Assembly: GCA_000004985.1 (NCBI GenBank)
Contig: GG738897.1
Direction: 5' to 3' (one strand)
From: Naegleria gruberi
Lineage: Eukaryota
DNA length: 64,000 bases
The translations under genes and the position numbers were made by a program. The notes under the pieces are model-generated. The model was not told where the DNA came from, did not search any database, and saw nothing but the letters and a program-made list of their open reading frames with translations. Below are positions 23,387 to 34,100 of the stretch, one piece after another. How positions within the stretch are numbered: position 1 is the first letter of the stretch; the number at the start of each line of letters is the position of its first letter.

Positions 23387-26298
23387 TTACAATTCCAGAG
23401 ATTTACCTGTTGATTTCTCCCATTGTTTGTATTGTTTAGTTTTTTGTAATCTGGAGAAAGTATCCGAAATATTCATGAATAATTCTGGCCAAAGTAAGTC
23501 AGTAAGAACTTTGACAGTCACAATAGTTGACACTTCACTCAAAATTGTGTCAATATTCTTGGACATGGCATCAAAACCTCCTTCTTCTTCACTCGATTGA
23601 ATGTAAGTGCTATAACTTGGGAAGATTAACTTGTAGAACTTTTTCTTACAATCAGATGATAAGTTAATTTCATATTCTGAATAATTTCTAATAAAATCTC
23701 GTTCAATTTCTCTCAAATCCTCGACGGTAACGAGTGCATTGTAATTGGTATAGTTGGAAGAGATTGTTCTAACCTTTTCCCAAATGAGAATGTTTTCTGA
23801 GGCAAATTCCTTCTCTGCAAAATTTTTGAGTAAACCATAGAAATATCCATCTGAGATCATTAGGTATTCCAATTCGTTTTCTTGATTTTTACGAAAGGCA
23901 ACTTTCTTTTTGGTAACTTGGGCTGCCTTGGAGTTGAAATCCTCTCCCACAGTTGTTCCATTGAGTTTGGCTCCAGAAATGAAATATCCTGTAGATTCTG
24001 GATTAATTACTGACATGTTACAGTTTCTCAAATTGGTATTGATGAATTTAGTGCCTGTAATTAAACACCTTGAAAATATACATTCAGCCATCGAGGAGTT
24101 ACTGAAATTGGCATTGGATAAAGCAGTATTTGTAAAATCGCTTTGATTCAGAATCGTATTGGAAAAGTTTGATGATGATAAATCCATATTTGAAAAGTTG
24201 AATTGTTTCATTGAGCAACCAGATAAGTCAACTCCAAAGAGAGTTTTGGCACTTCTGAGGAATTCTTCATTGACCTTGGCTCTGTTCATTTTGGCATTCG
24301 AAAGTACACAACCAGTTGACTCCGATGCAATATTGGTCAAGTCGCAACCTTTCAAGTTGGTATTTGTGAAATTAGTATTATCAAATAGTGCTCCTGAAAG
24401 ATTGGCTCCTCCCAAGGAACCACCTGTGAGATTGGCAGAGGTAAAGTTGGTATATCTCAAATCACACAAGGTTAAATTGGCATGTGCAAGATTTGCCTTC
24501 TCAAAGGTACAACCTCTAAGATTGCAACCACTAAAGTTAACCTCTGATAAATTCATTCCACTAAAATCAGAGTCTGTTATTTGGATCTTTCTGATATCCA
24601 AATCTTTGAGTGAGACAAGTTTCAAATCAATGTTTGAAAGTTTCACCTCCAAGTTTTCTCTTCTATGATATTCTATGATATTCTTCAGTTCGTAGTGTTT
24701 GATTCTGCTCTTCTTCTTTTCAATCTCAATACCAAACTTGGTGATACTTTCAGTGAGCAAATCGTTGGATTCTAATTGAGATTTGAGTTTTTCCATGTTG
24801 AAACTTGTGGCTACATCAATCAATAATCTTGCAATGTTTGGATTGACTGATATTTTGCCAAATCTAAGCCAATGGAGAATGAGTAAGAATAATTCAACAT
24901 CACAATCAATAAAGTGTTCCTCATCAAAATCTGTAACTTCTTTGAACATTGAAGCCAATGAGGATGTTGGTTCATATTCTGTATTCAACAATGTTGAAAG
25001 AGCTACATTGATAATCTCACCACCAACATCTAATTTTACACATTGTGAGAATTCTTCTCTTGATGACATGAGAACAATATTTGATATTTTGCCCTCCAAT
25101 TCTCTTGATTGAGATGATAAATATTCCAACTTGGATTCCAACTGTTTGATTGACTGATCAAAAACAACTGCCTTTGTTTGACACGTTGATTCTGATTCAT
25201 TGATTTTCTTCTTGAAATATACATCCACTTCCTCAAGATATGAACTGCATTTGCTTTCCATGTGGTTTTTAAAGAATCCTCTCAGTACATAATTTTCACA
25301 TTTCGAACAACGAACCAACAATCCCTCAATCTGTCTCTTTGTAATATCTGAAATATCTGAAAGATTTTCTCCCAAAATTTCATCCCTCTCACAAATATTA
25401 CACTTCTCCATACATTTTAAACATTCAGAACAGAACATATTTCCACAATTGTTATGAGTTTTGGCTTCCAAATCCAAAACTTGTTTACACGATTGACATT
25501 TCAAATCATTAGAAATGTTGCTCAATTGTGAAACAAACACAAAAGGAGATCCACTGTCTTCACTTGAAGATGACAAAGTAAGAGAATCTCTCATTGAAAT
25601 TCTTTCCTTTACGAAATCTTTCTGCATGAGTGAGTCAACCAGAACAGGAGGTGGTGAATCCCCTCCTATTGTATTTCTAAACATTCTTCTTTGAACCACT
25701 AATATTTAACATCATTAGTTTCGAATAATATAGAACCATGAAAAACACAAAAACAATCATTAGAATTGATATCATCATTTCTTGATTATAATCACTTACC
25801 TTCCTCAAAATCTTCCTTGTCATCTTCCAAACTAATAGGTGAAGATGTATTCGAATGTGTATTTGAACTACTCTTGCCATTCACTTCCATAATACTTTTT
25901 CTAAAATTCTCCTGTTGACTATTCATCACAGCAACTCGTGGAGAAATTGATTTTTCACTATTCGATGAAGTTGATGACAATGACGAAGGCGAAGGAGGAG
26001 TAAATGTTGTCATTCGATGTTTCGCATTATTATTATTCGAAACATTATTTCCAACACTTCCAGTCGTTGCCAATGATGATGCACCCGAGGATGATGAAGA
26101 TGAAGATGATGAATCTAATGTTTGTGTTGTTGTTGCACTAATTGTAGAAGAATTTGAAGAATTTAGATTATTGTTGAATACGACAGCTGTTCTTCCTCTT
26201 CTAACTCTCACAATAGGACGAGTGGGTGAATCTGATGCAGTTGATGGGGAGTTTGTATGGTTGATGGTGCTAGGGGAAGGTGGTGTATTCTTGTCCAT
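23387..26298 (-). CDS. Multidomain signalling protein: S/T-rich N-terminus, Cys-rich zinc finger, coiled coil, KCTD-type BTB/T1 domain, pentapeptide-repeat β-helix and C-terminal RGS domain; exons 26298..25800 and 25698..23387
   Basis: Exon 1 (ORF 25792..26310; first ATG at 26296-26298) ends …EDDKEDFEEG|gtaagt. The acceptor aatattag joins to exon 2 (track ORF 23387..25699, whose M is actually Val from g+tg).

- Zn finger: CQSCKQVLDLEAKTHNNCGNMFCSECLKCMEKCNICERDE.
- BTB/T1: VKLDVGGEIINVALSTLLN…
- Pentapeptide repeats: ANLAHANLTLCDLRYTNFTSANLTGGSLGGANLSGALFDNTNFTNTNLKGCDLTN…
- RGS: FYGLLKNFAEKEFASENILIWEKV … EINLSS … FDAMSKNID, which matches the RGS F-x-x-FL-x-x-E-x-S-EN-x-x-FW core. Confidence 0.7.
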
Positions 26299-26949
26299 TT
26301 TCGAATACACTTTACAGAGTTTCGTTTTGTTTCGTTTGTTTTCTTTTTTTGATGGTGAAGAAACTTTCTGGATTTTTGTGGCTTTGTAAAGTGAATGGTT
26401 TGGAACTGATTTGGTTTGTGGATTCGCCCGCTGGAAGTTATTTTGAGTTTAAACTGGAAATTGGTCAACTTGATATTTTAAATATTAAATAGATCTTTAA
26501 TTTAAATACTTTACAGAACATACATGTCGTAAAGCGTTTGTAATAAGTGAAAGGAGTAACAAGGACAATTTCTGGGCTCCTTTTTATTCGAAATAGTCAT
26601 GTTTCGAATACTGTTTGAACTTTCATTACATTGGATAACCCTCAAAAACCTATTCAAATTAAGAATTTTCTTCTTTATTACAAACTAATCAAATAAGAAT
26701 CTAAGGTAATCCACACTTTTTGAAGAAACACTTTCAATATCGCATCTTGATAACACACTTTATCTTTTTCAAAAAACTCAAATTCGTCAATGATGGATAA
26801 ATTAACCCATTTCATCTTGCATCATATCGCAATGTTGGACAATTTTTATGATTCGAATGAGATGACGCTCAAAAACGACAAAAAAAACATCTCTCTCAAT
26901 ATTTAGAGTTCCTAGGATCCTGTATAATAACATCTTGTTCTTCTTGGCA
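26299..26949. promoter_or_regulatory. Shared ~650-bp divergent (bidirectional) promoter region between the BTB/pentapeptide/RGS gene (-) and the 7TM receptor gene (+)
   Basis: Two ATGs face away from each other at 26298 (-) and 26950 (+). Only short shadow ORFs lie in between. Confidence 0.5.
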
Positions 26950-28986
26950 ATGAGGTTTTCGTATTTTGTTTCGAATTACTGTTTCTTTTACTTTCTAATA
27001 ATTTTATTGTTTGTGGGTTATTCGAAAGGATACGCCATTTTTCATGATGGAGTGGCTGGTTACTCGAATAGCCAAACAACTGTTCGGAATCTAGACGAAT
27101 CTGTTTCTAATAGTTTTGCTTTGGATCAACTAGAGTATCCTTCCGATAATGATATTGCCTACTTTCCAGCACTCTCTCAGCCCTATTCAGTTCTCTATTT
27201 TCCATTAGATAATACCAACAATGATTTATGTCAACTCAACAAGTCGTCATCTTCTCTTATTCGAAACTTGAATAATGTATGTATGGAATATTTTTGTACA
27301 TGCACTCTGGATAGTAGAGTTTGTAATAATCTGACAAGATCATTACTTTGGGATGACACATTCAGGGATTCGTATTTTTCAATGGTCAACTATTGCATGC
27401 ATTGTAATGGAGAGAATTCTAAAGATTTTAGGACAGAAATTTCCAAATCTAATGGACAGTGCAGTGGGAAATTTCCAAGTTATTCTCAAATTCAACAATC
27501 TTTAATTGGACATTGTAATATGGAGCTATCAGATAGTGAAATTTATTCGATAGTTGCTAATAATCAGTCAAGTGTAAATAATTTGAATATTGGAATTCTG
27601 GATTGGAGGTATTACAAACCAAATCAATATTACTCAAAGAAATATGTAAATAATATGACGATTTCTGATAAGGACAATACCCTTCACTTATTCGAAACTC
27701 TATTCCAAAATCGAAATGAAAATCCAATCCTGTGTTGGTGCAAAAACGAATTATATGGAGGATTTGCCTACAAGTGTGCTGATGCCTACTATAACTTTTT
27801 AGTAAGATTCAAATATATAGGAACTCCTTGGTGGTTCATGTTCTTTTTCACATGCTACTTGATTACAATGACAATTTACAATACAATTCCACTCGTACAT
27901 GCAAAGAATGCTTCTATTAAGAAGAAGATTGAACAGAGGAAATCCAGAGAGGCCAACACTATAAGAATGTATCTAACTATTTATCTGGAAGAATTATTTC
28001 TCACCGATTTGAGACCTTCCATTTTACTATTAATTTATATGGAAAGTTCATTTTTCTTTATTGAAAATATGATTTGTTTCTTGTGGAATTATTCATTCAT
28101 GCATGGTAGCTTGAAGAATATTCAATTGTGGGGCTGCTTTAGAGCTTTGGCAATCTACGCTCTTGGATATGGATTCTCTACATTGATGGTTCAATGGAGT
28201 CATATTGTTGATCTAATCAAATCAAATCAGAGTAAGAAGAAATTGTCCAAGTATAATCTCATTCTGCTCATTTCCATTTATATTTTCAATGCATTTCTGA
28301 TAATAATTGCCATAGTCTTGTGTTCAATTCTCAAGACGAGCGTTTACTTATTTGCTTTAGCTGCTGTTGCCATGATATTGGTTCCAACAATTTTGATAGT
28401 TTCCTTCACAACATATGGAATTGTAATTTATAGACGATTGAAAAGTTACAAGAATGTGAATATTTCACAAATGAGATTTTTCAAGTTTATTCTCGTATTT
28501 AACACTGCCTTATTCTTTGGATTTGTATTGGCCATTATTTTCGTGCCAACCTTTATTTCTACATGGGATATTTTTGGAATGTTTGTTGGTGTATTCAAGA
28601 ATTTCGCCATTGATTCGGCAGGATTATTGGCGACCTACATAATTACCTATATTCTGATCAATGAGAATGAATTCACCAAATGTTATGGAATTAAGGCGTC
28701 TCGTATTCTCATTTGTTCAAACCTTCCTGAATCCAATCCTTCAGTAGTTTCGTCTGCCTTACCTTCTCCTTCTTCTGCCAGAGATAGAGCTCTCTCATCA
28801 ACCTCAACAGCCAATAATCCATCACTGGTAAAACCAGTTTCAACAAATCAATTGGACAATGATGATGAACTGAAGAGAAGCAATACTGTGAGTTCCCTAC
28901 AGACAACAACCACTGCAACCTCCTCATCACCAATGGTCACAACACCAACTGTCTACATTTTGGACGATTCAAAGAATAATATTTGA
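26950..28986 (+). CDS. Cysteine-rich-ectodomain seven-transmembrane receptor-like protein (GPCR-like) with S/T-rich cytoplasmic tail
   Basis: The track start at 26935 is a TTG; the first ATG is at 26950 (MRFSYFVSNYCFFYFLIILLFVGYS, signal-peptide-like). A ~270-aa N-terminal domain carries ≥13 Cys (CQL, CMEYFCTCTLDSRVCNN, CMHCNG, CSGK, CNME, CWCK, CAD). Seven hydrophobic helices follow (WWFMFFFTCYLITMTIY … FGMFVGVFKNFAIDSAGLLATYIITYILI), then an S/T-rich tail. Confidence 0.6.
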   Translation: MRFSYFVSNYCFFYFLIILLFVGYSKGYAIFHDGVAGYSNSQTTVRNLDESVSNSFALDQLEYPSDNDIAYFPALSQPYSVLYFPLDNTNNDLCQLNKSSSSLIRNLNNVCMEYFCTCTLDSRVCNNLTRSLLWDDTFRDSYFSMVNYCMHCNGENSKDFRTEISKSNGQCSGKFPSYSQIQQSLIGHCNMELSDSEIYSIVANNQSSVNNLNIGILDWRYYKPNQYYSKKYVNNMTISDKDNTLHLFETLFQNRNENPILCWCKNELYGGFAYKCADAYYNFLVRFKYIGTPWWFMFFFTCYLITMTIYNTIPLVHAKNASIKKKIEQRKSREANTIRMYLTIYLEELFLTDLRPSILLLIYMESSFFFIENMICFLWNYSFMHGSLKNIQLWGCFRALAIYALGYGFSTLMVQWSHIVDLIKSNQSKKKLSKYNLILLISIYIFNAFLIIIAIVLCSILKTSVYLFALAAVAMILVPTILIVSFTTYGIVIYRRLKSYKNVNISQMRFFKFILVFNTALFFGFVLAIIFVPTFISTWDIFGMFVGVFKNFAIDSAGLLATYIITYILINENEFTKCYGIKASRILICSNLPESNPSVVSSALPSPSSARDRALSSTSTANNPSLVKPVSTNQLDNDDELKRSNTVSSLQTTTTATSSSPMVTTPTVYILDDSKNNI

Positions 28987-29207
28987 GAATTTCAGAAATA
29001 TTCATTCATAGTATTACTTTTCTATGACTATTCCTACAATTATTTAATGGAAAATTCAAAAATTACATCTGGTCAACCTCGACAACCTTAACAACTTTCT
29101 CACTTAAAGGAGTTTTCAAGTGACATATCCGACACTGAAATTAAATGTGCGCTTAATAATTTCCATTCCATTTTAAAATCGATCATTTAAAAGCAAAAAG
29201 GAAAAAA

Positions 29208-30042
29208 ATGTCCAAAGTTCCACGTGATACTGTCGAGATTGGTATTAGAGAATTGAATTCATGGGTTGGTTGGGAGAAGGATACAGAGAACGAGCACGTT
29301 ACTTTGTATTGCAAGAAGGTTTACAAGGAATTGTCAAATCCGAGCATTAAAGTAGGTTTTTCGATTCAAAAGAATTTAAATGATCGATTTGTATGATTTA
29401 ATACATTATCATCGTAATATTTAATTTATTAATAACTTTTTTGATGATTAATAATTGATACATAATGGATAATAATATTAATATTAAATTGATGACATTA
29501 TTGGAACATTTTAGTTTACTGGAGTTGTCAATTATCCTCTTGATGAAGTTTTCGAAGTCTCTAGAAATGTAAAGTACAGAATCCACATGAATGAAACAAC
29601 AGTTGAAGCTAAATGGGTTGAAGAACCTCAACAAGATTCCGAAGGAAAGTCCTATGATGTTTTCTATACTCGTCTTAAGGGTCCAAATGCCCTTGTTTCT
29701 CATCGTGATTTTATCATTGCTCGTGAATGGTGGTATGATGAAGCAAATAAGGCATGGTGGATGATTATGAGAAGTATTCCATATGATGGACCTCAAGGAA
29801 AGGAAGTTAGTGGAGTGATTAGAGGAGAATTTGTGATTCAAGCTTTCAAATTTGAATCTGTAAATGATGGAAAAGCAACCAAGTTCACTATTATGGCTCA
29901 AGTTGAGTATGGAGGTTGGCTTCCATCAGGTGTTATTGGTTTCTTCCAAAAGAAAATTCCATTAGATATGAAAGATAAATTGGAAGCTGGTGTTATTGCT
30001 TTGAAAAAGGATAGACTCCCACCTTTGCCAAACAAAAAGTAG
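29208..30042 (+). CDS. START-domain lipid-transfer protein (PCTP/StarD-like); exons 29208..29351 and 29515..30042
   Basis: ATG at 29208. Exon 1 ends …LSNPSIK|gtaggt. The acceptor ttttag at 29514 joins to FTGVVNYPLDEVFEVSRNVKYRIHMNETTVEAKWVEE … VSHRDFIIAREWW …, a START/Bet v1-fold signature. Both ORFs are in the track but unlinked. Confidence 0.7.
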
Positions 30043-30132
30043 AAGCAAAGTTATTTCAAATATTAGTATTTAATCAAATATCTGTAAATAATTGTATCAT
30101 AAAGTATCTGTCACAAATCAAAGAATAAAAAA

Positions 30133-30862
30133 ATGACAATATCTGTAGACGAGAAGGCTCAATCATCAGTAACATCGGGATTAACAAAGGCCCAAAAACA
30201 ATTATTTGATCATGTAAAACCATATATTTTCACGTATGTTTTCATCTATCACTATAATTTTCTAATTTCTTCTCTGCCTGCCATCATGATGTTGACAATT
30301 TAGTTTTGAAATGATTTGTGCAGTGGAAGTTGTACTTTTAGTTTTCGTTCTTTTATCCTCACTGACAACATTCTTCACTTCCATACCTAATTTAAATCAA
30401 GTTGATCATGATTGTTCTGGTCAGTCAATTTATTTTGTAATTTTGGCTTTGGCCATTGTTGCATTGGTTGAAATTATTTCTCTTGCCACAACATTCCAAT
30501 TATCAGTTTATGAAGAGAAGCATCTCCTCACCAATGCACGATCATCCAAAACAAAAGGAACAAGTTTAACTAGTGTATTTTCACTTTCATGTTGGATTGT
30601 CAGATTAGCTTTGATTATTACATCAACTTCATTGATTGAGGGACCAGCTTGTATCAAATCATCAATTTATACTTTGGATTTGCATTATTTTGTTATTGCT
30701 ATGTGGATCTTTTGGGCTGCTTCTGCTCTTTTGATTATTCCAAAGTGGTTTCTTTTTGTCAAGTCAAGGAATATTGTAAACAATCATCATAAGGATAATG
30801 ATCTCACTAAGGTTGTATTGAGTGATGATGAAGAGGAATTACTTTCGAGAAATAGAGAATAA
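30133..30862 (+). CDS. Small multi-pass (≈4 TM) membrane protein; exons 30133..30233 and 30304..30862
   Basis: Exon 1 reads MTISVDEKAQSSVTSGLTKAQKQLFDHVKPYIFT. Donor ac|gtatgt and acceptor caatttag|t join in-frame to FEMICAVEVVLLVFVLL… (track ORF 30311..30862). No family assignment. Confidence 0.45.
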
Positions 30863-31952
30863 ATTAGTGTGTTTCCCTCCAAATGCTTAAATTGCATGAT
30901 CATTAAATTATTGAGTTTATATTTGAGTAATATTCTCTTATCTTCTCTCTTCTAAATCAAGTACTTGGATATCTGTTGCATTTTCAAATATTCTAATTTT
31001 CATAAAAGCAAGATATTTATGGTGGGACAAAGTAAATTGGTTTCTTAATGCTAATTGGCGAATATTTAAAAACAGTAGGTTTATGAACACTACAAAAGTA
31101 CTCCTTTCCAAATGGTTATTTTCATTTTCATAACCAGATCAGAAAATCCTTTCCAATATTGAGCTCTTTTCAATGCCTTTTCATGAATCAACAAAAAGCA
31201 CATTCCATTACTTGCTTCTAATACAAAAACAAAGGAAAATAATAATAGTCCCTTCCCATTCAATCCACAAAAAGACGTTCTTGTTGCTGATCTATCAAAC
31301 ATCCACACAACAACAATTAAACTTCATTTCTAATATTATTAGAAACAACATTCAAACAAAAAATTACTGGCACATCCAACCTGGAATCTCCACAAAGACC
31401 CTCTCATCTCAAAATAAGTTACTGTAACTTCATCGACTTGTCTTTCAACTTTCCAAACGTCAATTGAACGAGAGGAACAATCACTACCATTTGACTTCAA
31501 GTGGTAACAATTTTGGCAATTAATTGCAGCGATTTGAAAAAAAAAAGTCCAACACAAACTAGACACACATAATAACGGTGGTGATTACGAGAGAGGCGTT
31601 TATTGTTGTTCTCTTGCTTGTGGTTCACATTAAAACGACAGTGAACAATTGCTTTTTCGGTTTTAAAGATTACAGCAGCACAATTTTTAGGAGTTTTTTA
31701 TTATTCAACGTTGAAGAAAATATCAAGACAATAAGAGAGTAACAGTTTAAACTTGAAGAAAACAACAGTTTTGAAGAGAATTTATAGTTAGTCTAATATT
31801 GTGATAGAGAATATTTTAACTCTACACTTAAATCAACTCATTCCGATAAGCAATTTTTAGATATTTAGTATCTTCTTTATAGTGTGTATCATCTTTAATA
31901 GTATTCTATAAGAACCTTATCATTAATATACTAATAATAATTGATAATTTGA

Positions 31953-32993
31953 ATGACTTTAACAATGCTATCTAAGAATAGTCCTAATATGATGATGATG
32001 CTGATGAATGAATCATCATCATCGTCTTCTTCTACTACTGTACAGTCTACCAGTACTTCTACTCCTACTAGTAATTCCAATACTACTACTACCAACTGTA
32101 ACAATACTTCTTCTTGTACATTTACTACTGCCAGTAATAGTCTAAATAACAACCTCACACGTGAACAATTGGAAAGATTTGTTAGTGGGAGACAATTCAT
32201 TCAAGATAATCTCCGAGAGAGAAATATTCTCAGAGATTATGAAACAAACCGATTGGGATATCAAGTGAGTCATACACTGAGCTCGACAATTGAGAAAATA
32301 CTTTGGAAGAAGAGACAGTCTAGTCTCTCCCAGAAATTAGAAAATAGGCCAAATATTGAACAATTGGAACAGAGAGGAATCATTCCATTCTTACATCACT
32401 ATTATGATCAGACGGGTATGGATGCACCCACAGAAAATAGTGAAAAACCATCATCAAATAATTCATCAAAGGAGAATTCTCCAGTATCTTCTCCAAGATT
32501 AGATCATCATCAGGATAGTTCGTTACACCTTTCTTCAAGCCATTCACCATCTTCTATACCCTATCTATATGATCATGAACAAACACTTTGTGGAATAGGA
32601 ATAGGAAGAGAGGAAAAGGAACGAAAAAAGAGACACATTGAGAGTTTTCTTGTTAGAAGACCATCGAAAAAAGATCTTGTGGACCTTTTTACAAGGAAAG
32701 GCAATGCTAGTCCAACAGGTCTTTTAGGAAATCATGATCAAGAAAATCCCACTCTAATCTATGATGTGACAGCTTCCAACAATAATCTTTCAACATTTGA
32801 TCCTATGAGTATACTGTTAGAACCTCATGTTCTACAAATTCATAATCAATTAGAAAGTATTTATAACCAACGAGGTGATATATCTTCTAATTCATCTTCT
32901 TCTGATAATCTCAATGAACAAGAAGATGAATCCAACAAGATTGAATCCGATGAAACTAATATCACAATACCTGATGAAACACAACAGAATTAA
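31953..32993 (+). CDS. S/T/N-rich protein carrying RPEL-like (G-actin-binding) motifs
   Basis: ATG at 31953. LSQKLENRPNIEQLEQRGIIPF fits the RPEL consensus (L-x-x-K-L-x-x-R-P-x-x-x-E-L-x-x-R-G-I). Weaker copies are at REQLERFVSGRQFIQDNLRERNIL and RRPSKKDLVDLFTRKG. The remainder is low-complexity. Confidence 0.45.
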   Translation: MTLTMLSKNSPNMMMMLMNESSSSSSSTTVQSTSTSTPTSNSNTTTTNCNNTSSCTFTTASNSLNNNLTREQLERFVSGRQFIQDNLRERNILRDYETNRLGYQVSHTLSSTIEKILWKKRQSSLSQKLENRPNIEQLEQRGIIPFLHHYYDQTGMDAPTENSEKPSSNNSSKENSPVSSPRLDHHQDSSLHLSSSHSPSSIPYLYDHEQTLCGIGIGREEKERKKRHIESFLVRRPSKKDLVDLFTRKGNASPTGLLGNHDQENPTLIYDVTASNNNLSTFDPMSILLEPHVLQIHNQLESIYNQRGDISSNSSSSDNLNEQEDESNKIESDETNITIPDETQQN

Positions 32994-33331
32994 CTTGATT
33001 CAGTACAAGAATGTCAAACCATTCTGTACAATTTTCTCCACTAACCTATATTTCCCATTCCTCTTTCTGCAATCTTTTATTATTACCTTAAATTATTAAC
33101 CTTAATCTGAGTTTCTATCTGTGTTCCAATGTGACACAATATCCGTGCCTCATCCAGATAGCTATCCATAAGCCACATTACAATAAAAAATCATTATCAT
33201 TAATCCAAAAACAATACTTTTTATCATCCCTTTCATCAGAACTTTGAGAATTACTTCATCATCAAAACAAATAAATTCTTCATTGATCGGAAAGTCTTCT
33301 CAAATTATCTTTTAAAAATAACTAAGAAAAA

Positions 33332-34060
33332 ATGCCATCAATTCCAAAAACTGAAATTCATTTAAACGTCTATGATTTAGTGGACAATAATAATTTGTAT
33401 GTTTACGGACTGGGGATATATCACAGTGGTTTGCAAATTGGAGGGACTGAATATACATTCGGAAGAGAAGGAGCTTTTGAACATGAACCAAAGAAGGCTC
33501 CTGCTGTGCCTTTACGTGATAGTATTTTCTTGGCAACAATTGAACTTCCTCGTGATAGAATTGTTTCGATCGTTGATGAAGTATCAAAGGAATTCAATAC
33601 ACAAAAATACCATTTATTGAATAGAAATTGTAATCACTATGCTAAAGCACTTTATGAAAGAATTATTGATAGATGTGGAAGAATTGCAAAGGAAAAGTCA
33701 ACTCCAATACCAGGTTATGTCAATAGAATGGCTTGGTTAGGATCTAAATTCAGATGTTTAATTCCACCTGACATTATAAATACTGCTGTTCCTAGCTCAG
33801 CTGAAGGCACTGAGACTGCAGACGAGGCTTCATCAACTGGAGCAGGAAGTAAGTTTTCTGCTTTCCAAGGATCGGGAAGATCTCTATCTGCAAGAGAAGA
33901 GCCAAAGAAGAGCAGTAGTGGAGGGTTGTTCAATTCCATGTTTTCAAAAGATCAAAGCCAGGATATTGAAATTCCAGCATACTATGAAGATTCTGCAGAA
34001 AGTAGAAGAGAAAGAATGTTGAAAGCTGCTGAAAAGAGAATGTCTTCCAAGACTGACTAA
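33332..34060 (+). CDS. PPPDE/DeSI-family (deSUMOylating isopeptidase-like) thiol peptidase
   Basis: ATG at 33332. Signature EIHLNVYDL…GLGIYHSGLQIGGTEYTFG……LLNRNCNHYAKAL has the His and Cys catalytic dyad context of the DUF862/PPPDE fold. Confidence 0.8.
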   Translation: MPSIPKTEIHLNVYDLVDNNNLYVYGLGIYHSGLQIGGTEYTFGREGAFEHEPKKAPAVPLRDSIFLATIELPRDRIVSIVDEVSKEFNTQKYHLLNRNCNHYAKALYERIIDRCGRIAKEKSTPIPGYVNRMAWLGSKFRCLIPPDIINTAVPSSAEGTETADEASSTGAGSKFSAFQGSGRSLSAREEPKKSSSGGLFNSMFSKDQSQDIEIPAYYEDSAESRRERMLKAAEKRMSSKTD

Positions 34061-34100
34061 TATTGAAATAATTGTAAATTTTTGTAAATAATTAAATGAT

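Noticed and set aside
24655-24685. 11-bp direct tandem duplication tctatgatatt|tctatgatatt inside the RGS-fusion coding region
   Set aside because: The surrounding reading frame is intact across it (it encodes …NIIEYHRR…). It is a fixed in-frame microduplication or coincidental repeat, not a frameshift or mobile-element footprint.
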